Position numbers and translations under genes: made by a program. Below the pieces are notes generated by a model that was given only the letters and a program-made list of their open reading frames with translations, had not been told where the DNA came from and did not search any database. Below, in pieces: positions 1 to 9,804 of a DNA stretch of 64,000 nucleotides (positions are counted from its first letter, which is position 1; each line of letters opens with the position of its first letter). Source of the DNA: Micromonosporaceae bacterium (GTDB lineage Bacteria; Actinomycetota; Actinomycetes; Mycobacteriales; Micromonosporaceae); NCBI GenBank assembly GCA_036506495.1, contig DASXRQ010000253.1, forward strand, positions 163 through 64,162, read 5' to 3'.

Positions 1-1
1 G

Positions 2-121
2 CTGTACAAGGTGAACGGCAACGTTCTGGGCGGCGGCAAGCCGTCCCTGACCGGCCCGTTCCTGGTCGACAAGGCAAACGTCGACTTCGTCGGCAAGTTT
101 GCCGCCGGCGGTACGCGGTAG
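2..121 (+). CDS. C-terminal fragment of a sugar ABC transporter substrate-binding protein (gene starts upstream of window)
   Basis: Open frame from the window edge to TAG 119-121 (...LTGPFLVDKANVDFVGKFAAGGTR*). The permease gene starts 24 nt downstream. Assignment rests mostly on operon context. Confidence 0.4.
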   Translation: MYKVNGNVLGGGKPSLTGPFLVDKANVDFVGKFAAGGTR

Positions 122-145
122 TCAGCCGCGCGGGGGGTCACCGCG

Positions 146-1252
146 GTGGTGACCCCCCACCCGGCATCGGAGAACTCGGAGGTTCCCGTGGCTCAGACAG
201 TCGACATTGACGTCAAGACACCACCCCCACCGGGCCGGGACGAACGGCTGGCCCGAAGATCACCGCTGGCCCGGCTGCTCACCCGGCCCGAGGTCGGCGC
301 ACTGGTCGGCGCGATTCTCATCTACCTGATCTTCTTCAGCGTCGCGCCGCCGTTCCGGTCCGCCGCCTCGCTGTCGTCGGTCCTGTACCTGAGCTCCACG
401 TACGGCATCCCCGCCGTGGCCGTCGCGCTCCTCATGATCGGTGGTGAGTTCGACCTGTCGGCCGGCGTCGCCGTGACCAGCTCGGCCCTGGTCGCGTCGA
501 TGTTCAGCTACCAGTTCACCACCAACATGTGGATCGGGGTGCTTGTCGCGCTGGTGGTGGCGCTCGCCATCGGATTTGTGAACGGCTATCTCGTCGTAAA
601 GACCGGCATACCGAGCTTTCTCGTGACGCTCGGCACGTTCTTCATGCTGCGGGGGCTCAACCTGGCCCTCACCAAACAGGTCACCGGCAACGTCGGCACC
701 AACGACGTGTCGAACATCCAGGGGTTCGACTCGGCCAAGAAGGTGTTCGCCTCGAGTTTCACGGTCGGAGGCGTGTCGATCCGGATCACCCTGATCTGGT
801 GGATCATCTTTGTCGCCGTGGCCACCTGGGTGCTGCTCCGCACCCACCTCGGCAACTGGATCTTCTCGACCGGCGGCTCCGCGCCCAGCTCCCGAGCGGT
901 GGGTGTCCCGGTCAACCGGGTCAAGATCGGCCTGTTCATGACGGTCGGCTTCATGTGCTGGTTCACCGGCATGCACATCCTGTTCAACAGCAACACGGTG
1001 CAGTCCGGGATCGGCCTTGGCAACGAGTTCATCTACATCGTGGCGGCCGTGGTCGGCGGGTGCCTGCTCACTGGCGGGTACGGCTCCGTCATCGGCGCCG
1101 CGATCGGGGCCTTCATCTTCGGGATGGCCAATCTGGGCATCGTCTACGCCGGGTGGAACCCCGACTGGTTCTACTTCTTCCTCGGAGCGCTGCTGCTCGG
1201 CGCCATCCTGCTCAACAACTGGGTTCGCAAGCGAGCGGAGGCAATGCGATGA
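146..1252 (+). CDS. Monosaccharide/inositol-type ABC transporter permease (RbsC/AraH-like)
   Basis: 368-aa multi-TM ORF with a permease core (...[14 protein letters not shown]...). Its stop overlaps the ATPase start (ATGA at 1249-1252). N-terminal start uncertain. Confidence 0.85.
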   Translation: MVTPHPASENSEVPVAQTVDIDVKTPPPPGRDERLARRSPLARLLTRPEVGALVGAILIYLIFFSVAPPFRSAASLSSVLYLSSTYGIPAVAVALLMIGGEFDLSAGVAVTSSALVASMFSYQFTTNMWIGVLVALVVALAIGFVNGYLVVKTGIPSFLVTLGTFFMLRGLNLALTKQVTGNVGTNDVSNIQGFDSAKKVFASSFTVGGVSIRITLIWWIIFVAVATWVLLRTHLGNWIFSTGGSAPSSRAVGVPVNRVKIGLFMTVGFMCWFTGMHILFNSNTVQSGIGLGNEFIYIVAAVVGGCLLTGGYGSVIGAAIGAFIFGMANLGIVYAGWNPDWFYFFLGALLLGAILLNNWVRKRAEAMR

Positions 1253-2142
1253 CGGCGACCACCGCGCAGGCCACGGCGGAGCGGACGGAGGCCCCGCTGG
1301 TCCGGCTCGTCGACGCCGGCAAGCACTACGGCAACATCAACGCCCTGCAGGGCGTCACCCTGGAAGTCAGCGGCGGCGAGGTCACTTGCGTGCTGGGCGA
1401 CAACGGCGCTGGCAAGTCCACCCTGATCAAGATCATCGCCGGCTTACACCAGCACGACGAGGGCACGTACGAAGTCGAGGGCCAGCCAGTGCGCTTCGGC
1501 TCGCCGCGCGAGGCGCTGGACCACGGGATCGCCACCGTGTACCAGGACCTGGCGGTGGTGCCGCTGATGCCGGTTTGGCGCAACTTCTTCCTCGGCAACG
1601 AAGTGCGAAAGGGCGTGGGGCCGGTCAGCCTCATGGACATCAGGTTCATGAAGCGGACCGCCAAGAAAGAGCTCTCCGACATGGGCATCGACCTGCGCGA
1701 CGTTGACCAGCCCATTGGGACGCTGTCCGGCGGCGAGCGGCAGTGCGTCGCCATCGCCCGGGCCGTCTACTTCGGAGCGAAGGTGCTGATCCTCGACGAG
1801 CCGACGGCGGCGCTCGGGGTCAAGCAGTCCGGCGTCGTGCTGAAGTATGTCCTGCAGGCGAAGGAGCGCGGGCTGGGGGTCATCTTCATTACCCACAACC
1901 CGCACCACGCCTACCCGGTCGGCGACCGGTTCCTGCTCCTCAAGCGTGGCCGGACCCTTGGCTACTACGGCAAGGGCGAGATCAGCCGCGACGAGCTGAC
2001 CGCGTTGATGGCCGGCGGCGCCGAGCTGGAGGAGCTGCACCACGAGCTCGAGCGGGGCGGTGGGGCCCTCGCCGAGGCGGCACAGGAGCTGGAGGAGGAC
2101 GTCAAGGAGCTGGGCATCACCCCAACCGGGGGACGACCGTGA
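1249..2142 (+). CDS. ABC transporter ATP-binding protein
   Basis: Walker [10 protein letters not shown], signature LSGGERQ, Walker [15 protein letters not shown] 1249 overlaps the upstream stop. Confidence 0.9.
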   Translation: MTATTAQATAERTEAPLVRLVDAGKHYGNINALQGVTLEVSGGEVTCVLGDNGAGKSTLIKIIAGLHQHDEGTYEVEGQPVRFGSPREALDHGIATVYQDLAVVPLMPVWRNFFLGNEVRKGVGPVSLMDIRFMKRTAKKELSDMGIDLRDVDQPIGTLSGGERQCVAIARAVYFGAKVLILDEPTAALGVKQSGVVLKYVLQAKERGLGVIFITHNPHHAYPVGDRFLLLKRGRTLGYYGKGEISRDELTALMAGGAELEELHHELERGGGALAEAAQELEEDVKELGITPTGGRP

Positions 2143-3059
2143 CGGCTGCGGTGCGGCCGGGGCTGCTCAAGCTCGGCAGCTGCCCGGATTCGTGGGGCGT
2201 CTGGTTCGCCGAGGACCCGCGCCAGACGCCCTGGCACCGGTTTTTGGACGAGTTGGCCGGGGTCGGCTACGAATGGCTGGAGCTCGGGCCGTACGGCTAT
2301 CTGCCGACCGACCCGGCGCGGCTCACCGACGAGCTGGACCGGCGCGGCCTGAAGGTGGCCGGCGGAACGATGCACGGCCTCAGCGGGCTGCACCGTGCCG
2401 AGGAGTACCCGCAGATCCTCGCCCAGACCCGCAGGGTCGCCGAGCTCACCGCGGCGCTCGGGGCCCGCGACCTCGTGTTCGTCCCGGTCCCCGGCTTCCG
2501 CGACGATACGACCGGGGCGTACCTGGAGCCCCGGGATCTGGACGACGACGGCTGGAAGACGCTGATCCGGTCGACCAACGAGCTCGGCCGGGCCATCGCC
2601 GAGGAGTACGGCGTCACGCTGCAGTTCCACCACCACGCCGACAGCCACGTGGAGACGCCCGACCAGGTCGAGCGCTTCCTCGCCGACACCGACCCCCGGC
2701 ACGTCTCGCTGTGCCTGGACACCGGGCATTACGCGTACGGCGGCGGCGACGCCGCGCAGCTGATCCGGTCGCACCCCGATCGGGTCGGCCACGTCCACAT
2801 CAAACAGATGGATCCCGCCATAGTGGCCCGGGCCCGGGCCGAGGACCTCGCCTTCGGCCAGGCCGTAGCGCAGGGCGCGAGCTGTGAGCCGCCCAACGGG
2901 GTGCCCGACATCCCGTCGGTCGCGCGGGCGTTGCTCGACCGCGGCACCGACACGTTCGTGATCGTCGAGCAGGACATGTACCCGGTCGACTTCGACGTCC
3001 CGGCGTCGATCGCCGCCCGGACGCGGCGCTATCTGCTCGGCTGCGGCTTCGGAGCGTAG
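2139..3059 (+). CDS. iolE: Inosose dehydratase-like xylose-isomerase-fold TIM-barrel protein
   Basis: GTG 2139 overlaps the upstream TGA (GTGA). Collinear with B. subtilis IolE as I recall it (FHHHADSH...DTGHYAY...VGHVHIKQ...FVIVEQD). Confidence 0.7.
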   Translation: MTAAVRPGLLKLGSCPDSWGVWFAEDPRQTPWHRFLDELAGVGYEWLELGPYGYLPTDPARLTDELDRRGLKVAGGTMHGLSGLHRAEEYPQILAQTRRVAELTAALGARDLVFVPVPGFRDDTTGAYLEPRDLDDDGWKTLIRSTNELGRAIAEEYGVTLQFHHHADSHVETPDQVERFLADTDPRHVSLCLDTGHYAYGGGDAAQLIRSHPDRVGHVHIKQMDPAIVARARAEDLAFGQAVAQGASCEPPNGVPDIPSVARALLDRGTDTFVIVEQDMYPVDFDVPASIAARTRRYLLGCGFGA

Positions 3060-3077
3060 AGACACAGGAGGGCCACC

Positions 3078-4094
3078 ATGACGGTTCGCGTCGGGGTGAT
3101 CGGCGTCGGCATGATCGGGCAGGCGCACATCCATCGGCTCACCCATGCCCTGCCGGGAGTGCAGGTCGGCGCGGTCAGCGACGTCGACGCGCAGCGCGCC
3201 GCGGCGATCGCCGCGGAGCTCCCCGGCTGCCGCGTCCACCCGACCGGCCAGGAGCTGATCGCGGACGACGCCGTCGACGCCGTCATGGTCACGTCGTGGG
3301 GCGGGACGCACGAGGAGTTCGTCCTGGCCGGAATCGCGGCCGGCAAGCAGGTCTTCTGCGAGAAGCCGCTGGCGACCACGCAGGAGGCGTGCCGGAACAT
3401 CATCGACGCCGAGACGGCGGCCGGCCGGCGGCTGGTCATGGTCGGCTTCATGCGGCGCTACGACGAGGGGTACCGCGCCATGCGCGACGTCCTCGCCGAC
3501 GGCGCCCTCGGTGCGCCGCTGATGGTCCACTGTGCACACCGCAACGCGTCGGTGCCGCCGACGTACGTCGAGGACATGGCGATCCAGGACACCGCGGTCC
3601 ACGAGATCGACGTCACGCGGTGGCTGCTCGACGACGAGATCACGGCGGCGCGGGTGCTGATCCCGCGGCGCAACAGCAACGCCGAGCCGCACCTGCGCGA
3701 CCCCTTGCTCGTGGTGTTGGAGACGTCCCAAGGGACGCTCGTCGACGTCGAGGTGTCGGTGAACATCCGGTACGGCTACGACATCCGGTGCGAGGTCGTC
3801 GGCGAGCTCGGCACGGTGGCTCTGGCCGACCGCGCGGAGGTCGTGGTGCGCCGGGATGGTCGCGTCGGCGGCACGGTGCCGACCGACTGGCGGGAGCGGT
3901 TCCGCCGCGCGTACGACACCGAGCTGGGGGACTGGCTGGCCGCCGTCGCCGCCGGCGGCTCGACGGGGCCCAGCTCTTGGGATGGGTACGCCGCGACGGC
4001 GGTCGCCGACGCCTGCCTCGTCGCGTTGCGTACCGGCGAGCGGGTCCCGGTCGCCCTCGGCGAGCGCCCCGCTCTCTATGCCAAGGCGGACTGA
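3078..4094 (+). CDS. iolG: Inositol 2-dehydrogenase (Gfo/Idh/MocA family)
   Basis: 338 aa. Strongly collinear with B. subtilis IolG (VGVIGVGMIG...VTSWG...FCEKPLATT...VGFMRRYD...HCAHRN...HEIDV...YGYDIRCEVVGE...WDGY). Confidence 0.85.
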   Translation: MTVRVGVIGVGMIGQAHIHRLTHALPGVQVGAVSDVDAQRAAAIAAELPGCRVHPTGQELIADDAVDAVMVTSWGGTHEEFVLAGIAAGKQVFCEKPLATTQEACRNIIDAETAAGRRLVMVGFMRRYDEGYRAMRDVLADGALGAPLMVHCAHRNASVPPTYVEDMAIQDTAVHEIDVTRWLLDDEITAARVLIPRRNSNAEPHLRDPLLVVLETSQGTLVDVEVSVNIRYGYDIRCEVVGELGTVALADRAEVVVRRDGRVGGTVPTDWRERFRRAYDTELGDWLAAVAAGGSTGPSSWDGYAATAVADACLVALRTGERVPVALGERPALYAKAD

Positions 4095-4107
4095 CGGAAG
4101 GCAGGAC

Positions 4108-4986
4108 ATGAAGCTCGCCCTCGACCCCTACATGTTCCGCCGAGTGCCGCTGCTCGAGCTGCCCGGCCTCGTCGCGGACCTCGGCTACGAGTACATCGAG
4201 CTGTCGCCCCGGGACGACTTCACGCCGTTCTTCCTGCACCCGCGCGCCAACCGGGACCTCGCGGCCCGCTTCAGGTCGGCGCTGGACGCGGCCGGCGTCA
4301 AGGTCGCGACGCATCTCCCGCTCTACCGTTGGTCGGGGCCGGACGAGGACGAGCGGCAGGCGGCGGTCCGGTACTGGAAACGGGCCATCGAGCTGACCGT
4401 CCAGCTCGACTGCGCGGTGATGAACTCCGAGTTCAACGGCCGCCCGGAGGCCGCGAGCCTGAGCGAGGCGCAGTTCTGGCGGTCGCTCGAGGAGCTGCTG
4501 CCGATCTTCGAGCGGGAGGGCGTCCAGCTGCGGCTGGAGCCGCACCCCGATGACTTCGTCGAGGACGGCCGCGCCGCGATCGACATGATCCGCGGCATCG
4601 ACTCACCGCTCGTGTCGTTCCTCTACTGCGCACCCCACACGTTCCATATGGGCGGCGACCTCGCCGGCATCATGGAGTACGCCGGGGACCTGCTCACGCA
4701 CGTGCACGTCGCCGACTCGTTCGACCATCGTGCCTCGTCGGGCCTGCGCTACATCGTCAACCCGCCCGGCTCGCCCGCGCGCGTACACCAGCACCTGGAC
4801 ATCGGCCAGGGAGAGGTCGACTGGTCGGCGTTCTTCGGCACGCTCGGCCGGCTGCACTTCGACGGCATCATGACGGTCTGCGTGTTCGCGTGGGAGGACC
4901 GCGCCCGGGAGTCGGCCACCGCCAACCGGGAACAGATCGAACGGTACACAAAGGACTGGAGCAACGGCCCGATCGGGCCGGCGTAA
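4108..4986 (+). CDS. iolH: IolH-like sugar phosphate isomerase/epimerase (TIM barrel)
   Basis: ATG 4108. Collinear with B. subtilis IolH (MKLALDP...LGYEYIELSPRDDF...RYWKRAIE...LRYIVNPP...HQHLDIGQGEVD...FAWEDRA). Confidence 0.75.
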   Translation: MKLALDPYMFRRVPLLELPGLVADLGYEYIELSPRDDFTPFFLHPRANRDLAARFRSALDAAGVKVATHLPLYRWSGPDEDERQAAVRYWKRAIELTVQLDCAVMNSEFNGRPEAASLSEAQFWRSLEELLPIFEREGVQLRLEPHPDDFVEDGRAAIDMIRGIDSPLVSFLYCAPHTFHMGGDLAGIMEYAGDLLTHVHVADSFDHRASSGLRYIVNPPGSPARVHQHLDIGQGEVDWSAFFGTLGRLHFDGIMTVCVFAWEDRARESATANREQIERYTKDWSNGPIGPA

Positions 4987-4989
4987 TTT

Positions 4990-5991
4990 CTACACCCCGG
5001 CGGTCACGGCCGCGGTCTTCAGGTTCTCCGCAGCCAGCCGGAGGCCCTCCACCCGGTCGAACTCCATGTCCTCGTGCTCGATGTTGATGGCCATGTCCGG
5101 GTCGACGTCGGCCAGCGCGCGGAGGAACGGCACCCAGAACTCCTGGCCGTGCCCGCGGCCGACGGCGACGAACTCCCACGACGGGTCGGGCGGCCACTGG
5201 TTGAGCGTGTACCGCCCGCCGAGCCCGACCGGGTTCTCGTCGGCCGGCACCCGCCGGAACCGGTCGTCGAGTACGCCGTGGATGCGCCGGTTCTGCTCGT
5301 TGATGCGGGTGTCCTTCGCGGCGGCGTGGTAGACGAGCCCGCCGAGCCACTCGACCGCGGCGACCGGGTCGATGCCCTGCCAGAACAGGTGGCTCGGGTC
5401 CAGCTCGGCCCCGACGTTTGTGGCGCCCACCTCGTCCACGAGCCGGCGGAGGGTGGCTGGGTTGAACGCCACGTTGTGCGGGTGCATCTCGATGCAGACC
5501 TTCACGTCGTTGTCGCGCGCCCGCGTGTCGATGTCCCGCCAGAACGGGATCGCCACCTCGCGCCACTGGTAGTCGAGCACGTCGAGATAGACGCTGTCCC
5601 AGGGGTTGACGACCCAGGACGGGTAGCGGCCGCTCTCGTGCGCGGCCGGCACGCCCGACATGGCCACGACGCGCTTGACGCCGAGCCGGCCGGCCACCTC
5701 GATCGCGGCGCGCAGGTCGTCGGCGTGCTTCCGGCCGACCTCCGGGTCGGGATGCAGCGGGTTTCCGTTGACGTTCAGCCCGGTCAGCGCGATGCCGGCC
5801 TGGTCGAACAGGGCGAGGTAGTCCTGGACGCCGGCCGCGCCGGACCGTATCTGGTCTAGAGGCAGGTGCGGCGCGGGGATGAACCCACCGGCGTTGATCT
5901 CCGCGCTGGTCAGGCCCAGCTCGGCGAGGAGCTTGAGCGCATCCGGTAGGGGTCGGTCGTGCAGGCATGCGGTGTAGGCGCCCAGCTTCAT
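4990..5991 (-). CDS. Sugar phosphate isomerase/epimerase family protein (TIM barrel)
   Basis: 333 aa starting MKLGAYTACLHD. Start ATG (5991) overlaps the stop of the upstream oxidoreductase gene (ATGA). Typical xylose-isomerase-like fold motifs (CIEMHPHN, NIEHED). Confidence 0.8.
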   Translation of the reverse strand: MKLGAYTACLHDRPLPDALKLLAELGLTSAEINAGGFIPAPHLPLDQIRSGAAGVQDYLALFDQAGIALTGLNVNGNPLHPDPEVGRKHADDLRAAIEVAGRLGVKRVVAMSGVPAAHESGRYPSWVVNPWDSVYLDVLDYQWREVAIPFWRDIDTRARDNDVKVCIEMHPHNVAFNPATLRRLVDEVGATNVGAELDPSHLFWQGIDPVAAVEWLGGLVYHAAAKDTRINEQNRRIHGVLDDRFRRVPADENPVGLGGRYTLNQWPPDPSWEFVAVGRGHGQEFWVPFLRALADVDPDMAINIEHEDMEFDRVEGLRLAAENLKTAAVTAGV

Positions 5992-7187
5992 GTCGGATCC
6001 TCCGAAGGTCGGGCGACGTCGACGCTCGGACCGCGGGTGGCGGACGCGGTGACCGCCTCGAGCACGCGCAGGTTGTGCAGACCGTCCGCGAGCGGGGGAC
6101 AGGGTGGCAGCCGGTCGATGCCGGCGATCTGGTCGAGGAACGCTCGGGCCTGGTACGCGAAGAGGTCGTTCTGCCCGTACCCGACGCTCGGGAAGTCCAT
6201 CGGCAGGCCACCCGCGACGTACGGGTGCGCCGGTCCGATGTGGACGCGGCGGTACCCGGCCGTGTCCGGCGGCGCGGTTCCGTCCGCGACCGCGAATTCG
6301 GCCATCCGCTCCAGGTCGAACTTCGCGGCGCCACCCGCGCAGAAGACGTTGAACCCCAACTCGTTGGCGTGCCCGAACGCCACCCGCGAGACCGAGAACG
6401 TGCCGATCGCGCCGTCGGCGAAGCTGGCCGTGAAGGTGCACAGGTCCTCGTTCTCGACCGGCGCCCGCTCGTCGCCGACGGCGACCGCGGCGGAGTGGCC
6501 GACGGCCGTGCCGAGCGGCACCGGTCGGTCGGCCACCACGGTCGACATGACGGCGCCGCGGATGCCGGAGACCGGACCGCACATCTGTTCGGCGACGTCC
6601 ACGAGGTGGCTGCCGATGTCGGCGAGCGCCCCGGAGCCGGGCCCGCCGCGATACCGCCAGCTGATCGGGGCCGCGGCGTCGACGCCGTAGTCGCACCAGT
6701 AGTGGCCGTCGAAGTGGCCCACGGTGCCCAGTGGACCATCGCCGACCAACCGGCGGATCGCGGCGATCGCGGGCGACCGGCGGAACGTGAAGCCCACCGC
6801 CGCCACCCGGTCGGACTTCTCCGCCGCGGCGACCATCGCCTCCGCGTCGGCGACCGTGGGCGCCAGCGGCTTCTCGCACAGCACGTGCTTGCCGCCCGCG
6901 AGCAGCGCCTCGACGACCTCGCGGTGCAGCGTGTTGGCCACCACGACGCTGACCGCGTCGACGTCGGGGGCGTCGACGATCGCCTGCCAACTCGTCTCGG
7001 CGCGCTCGAAGCCGTACCGGCGGGCGGCGTCCACTGCGAACGGCTCGTGGACGTCGGCGATCGCGACCCGGCGGATCCCGGGGAGATCCGGCTCGAACAG
7101 CGTCGGGGCAACGCGGTAGCCGCTGGCGTGCGCGCGGCCGGCCATGCCGGCGCCGATGACGGCCACGCCGATCGATGTGGGTGCCAC
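5988..7187 (-). CDS. Gfo/Idh/MocA family oxidoreductase
   Basis: 399 aa. Rossmann N-terminus GVAVIGAGMAGRAH and the family motif LCEKPLA. Translationally coupled to the downstream TIM-barrel gene. Confidence 0.85.
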   Translation of the reverse strand: MAPTSIGVAVIGAGMAGRAHASGYRVAPTLFEPDLPGIRRVAIADVHEPFAVDAARRYGFERAETSWQAIVDAPDVDAVSVVVANTLHREVVEALLAGGKHVLCEKPLAPTVADAEAMVAAAEKSDRVAAVGFTFRRSPAIAAIRRLVGDGPLGTVGHFDGHYWCDYGVDAAAPISWRYRGGPGSGALADIGSHLVDVAEQMCGPVSGIRGAVMSTVVADRPVPLGTAVGHSAAVAVGDERAPVENEDLCTFTASFADGAIGTFSVSRVAFGHANELGFNVFCAGGAAKFDLERMAEFAVADGTAPPDTAGYRRVHIGPAHPYVAGGLPMDFPSVGYGQNDLFAYQARAFLDQIAGIDRLPPCPPLADGLHNLRVLEAVTASATRGPSVDVARPSEDPT

Positions 7188-7206
7188 GGCGGCCTCCTCG
7201 GGGTCT

Positions 7207-7220
7207 TTAAAGCGCTTTAA
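7207..7220. promoter_or_regulatory. Perfect 14-bp palindrome TTAAAGCGCTTTAA, candidate LacI-family operator
   Basis: Lies in the 72-bp divergent region between the oxidoreductase operon (start 7187) and the LacI gene (start about 7260). CG-centred dyad of the LacI/GalR operator type. Locally AT-rich. Confidence 0.55.
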
Positions 7221-7259
7221 GGATTGCGCTATTCTCTGACCGCCGGAGTGCGCGTGTCA

Positions 7260-8300
7260 ATGGGTACATCGAATGTGATCTTTGGAGGCAGCAGATTGGC
7301 TCAGCGGCCGAAGCTGGACGACGTCGCCGCCCGGGTCGGGCTGTCACCCGCCTCGGTGTCGCTGGTCTTGCGGAACGCGCCCGGGCCGAGCGCCGAGACG
7401 CGCCGCCGCGTGCTGGCCGCCGCGGCGGACCTCGGGTACCGGCCGGACCGGACGGCGAGCCTGCTCGCCCGCCGGCGCAGACACCTGCTCGGGGTGCTGA
7501 TGGACGTCGCGAACGCGTTCCACGCGGAGGTCGTCTCGTCGGTGCACACCGCCGCGGAGGAGCTCGGTTACGACGTGGTGCTGAGCACGGTCGCCGCCAC
7601 CCGCGACGAGCAGCGCGCGGTCGCGACGCTGCTCGACTTCCGGTGCGAGGCCGTCATCCTGCTCGGCCCCGAGTCGTCGGCGGCCCGGCTGGCGGCCCTC
7701 GCCCGGGAGGTGCCGGTGGTGGCGGTCGGCCGGCGGGTGACCGCTCCGGGCGTCAGCGTGGTGCGCGCCGCCGACGACCGCGGCGTCGGCCTCGCCGTCG
7801 ACCACCTGGTCGGACTCGGCCACCGGTCGATCGCGTTTCTGGACGGGGGCCGGGGAACGATCGCCGCTGACCGTCGTCGTGGCTACCGCGCGGCGATGCG
7901 CCGGCACCGGCTCACCGACCACGAATGGATCGTGCCGGGGGATCACACCGAAGAGGCCGGGAGCCGGGCGGCCGGCACGCTGGGCGCGTCGCCGCGCGCG
8001 GCAACCGCCGTGGTGGCGTCGAACGATCGCAGCGCGGTGGGTCTGCTCGACGGCTTGGCCCGGGCCGGGATCGACGTGCCCGGCGCGGTCTCCGTTGTCG
8101 GGTATGACGACAGCGTGCTGGCCGGGCTCGCGCACATCAACCTGACGTCGGTCAGCCAGGACGGCCGCCGGCAGGCGGAGGAGGCCGTGGCCGCCGCGGT
8201 GGCGCGGCTCGACGACGGCGACGTGCCGGTCCGGGAGGTCGTCCTGGCGCCGCGACTCGTGGTACGCGGCAGCACCGGCCCCGCGCGCTCCGACTACTGA
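7260..8300 (+). CDS. LacI family transcriptional regulator
   Basis: N-terminal HTH (KLDDVAARVGLSPASVSLVLRN) followed by a periplasmic-binding-fold domain. The ORF is open from 7224; ATG 7260 chosen. Confidence 0.85.
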   Translation: MGTSNVIFGGSRLAQRPKLDDVAARVGLSPASVSLVLRNAPGPSAETRRRVLAAAADLGYRPDRTASLLARRRRHLLGVLMDVANAFHAEVVSSVHTAAEELGYDVVLSTVAATRDEQRAVATLLDFRCEAVILLGPESSAARLAALAREVPVVAVGRRVTAPGVSVVRAADDRGVGLAVDHLVGLGHRSIAFLDGGRGTIAADRRRGYRAAMRRHRLTDHEWIVPGDHTEEAGSRAAGTLGASPRAATAVVASNDRSAVGLLDGLARAGIDVPGAVSVVGYDDSVLAGLAHINLTSVSQDGRRQAEEAVAAAVARLDDGDVPVREVVLAPRLVVRGSTGPARSDY

Positions 8301-8359
8301 CGGTCATGGGATCGGGCCGGAGATTCAACGAAGCGTCCGCCGGCAGACATACTCCACGG

Positions 8360-9789
8360 ATGGACGGACCACCGCTGTACCTGCCCACTGAGGAGTTCCG
8401 GGCGCTCGCCGACCGGGTCGTGGAGGCGGCGACCACGTATCTCGCGGCGATCGACGCCCAGCCGATCCGGCCGCACACGACCGGCGAGGTGGCGACCGAA
8501 CTGTTTGCTGGTCCGGCGCCGGAGGAGGGCCTCGGCGCCGCCGCATTCGACGATCTCGCGGTGCTGGCGGAGCACTCTCGCGTGGGCAACGGCCGGTTCT
8601 TCGGGTACGTGCTCGGCTCCGGCGAGCCGGTCGGCGCCCTGGCGGATCTGTACGCCTCGGTGCTGAACCAGAACATCACCGCGTGGCGGTCGGCGCCCGC
8701 CGCCACGACCGTCGAGCGGACGGTCGTGGCCTGGATCGCCGCCGCGGTGGGCTGTCCGGGCTTCGGGGGCGTGCTGACCAGCGGCGGCTCGATGGCCAAC
8801 CTCATGGGCCTCGCGATGGCTCGCGAGGCGGGGGCGCCGGCCAACGTCGATGGGGCCAGCCCGTGCGTGATCTACGCCTCGACCGAGGCGCACGTGTCCA
8901 TCGACCAGGCGGCGGCCGTGCTCGGGATCGGGCGGGCGAACGTTCGGGCCGTTGCCGCCGATGCGCGGTTCCGGATGCGCCCCGATGCCCTGGAGGCGGC
9001 CATCGCAGCGGACCGCGAGCGGGGACTCCGGCCGGTCGCCGTGGTCGCCACCGGCGGCACGGTCCTCACCGGCGCCGTCGACCCGCTACCGGACATCGCC
9101 GCCGTCGCCAAGGAGCACGACCTGTGGCTGCACGTCGACGGGGCGTACGGCGTGGCGGCCGCGCTCGCCGTGCCCGAGACCTTCGCCGGACTCAACCAGG
9201 CCGACTCGTTGTCGCTCGACGCGCACAAGTGGCTCTACCAGCCGCTGGACTGCGGGGTGCTGCTGTACCGCGATCCGTCCGCCGCCCGACGGGCGTTCTC
9301 GTTCGAGGCTGGGTACATCAAGCCACTCCGCGAGGACGGCGTCGAGGCGTACGCCTTCTTCGATGAGTCGCTGGAGACGTCGCGTCGGTTCCGGGCGCTC
9401 AAGCTCTGGCTGGCGCTGCGGTACCACGGGCTCGAGGCGTTCCGATCCGCGATCCGGCAAAACCTGCGCCAGGCTTTGCTGCTCGCGGACCTGATCGATG
9501 CCGAGCCGACGCTGGAGCGGCTCGCGCCGGTCGACCTGAGTGCCGTCTGCTTCCGCTGGACCGGCATGCATCTCACGCAAGCCGACCTCGACCGGGCTAA
9601 TAACGAGATCCTGGCGGAAGTCAACCGGCGCGGCCGTGTGTCTATCTGTCCAATGCAGATATTCGCGGCGCTTTCGCGCTGCGCGCCTGCATCACGAACC
9701 ATCGGACGACGGACGAGGACGTGGCGGCGGTCGTGGCGGAGGTGCTCGCCGCGGCGGCCGGGCACGCCGGATCCGGGGCCGACGGCTAG
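8360..9789 (+). pseudogene. Group II PLP-dependent amino-acid decarboxylase, disrupted by a frameshift near 9636-9642
   Basis: Family homology (SGGSMANL, DAHKW PLP-lysine motif) runs in one frame to ...EVNRRGRV. It resumes in another frame as VYLSNADIRGAFALRACITNHRTTDEDV...ADG* ending at TAG 9787-9789. Confidence 0.75.
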
Positions 9790-9804
9790 CACTAGGCTCG
9801 CCCG

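Noticed and set aside
1965-4109. 714-aa minus-strand ORF antisense to iolE/iolG, and similar long shadow ORFs (4868-7111, 27846-29801, 35083-37281, 36013-38193, 41568-43595, 44975-47125, 47014-48864, 50604-52445, 48883-50469)
   Set aside because: All are extremely Arg/Pro/Gly/Ala-rich with no recognisable motifs. Each lies opposite or out of frame to genes with clear family signatures. Stop-codon-poor antisense frames are expected at about 72% GC.
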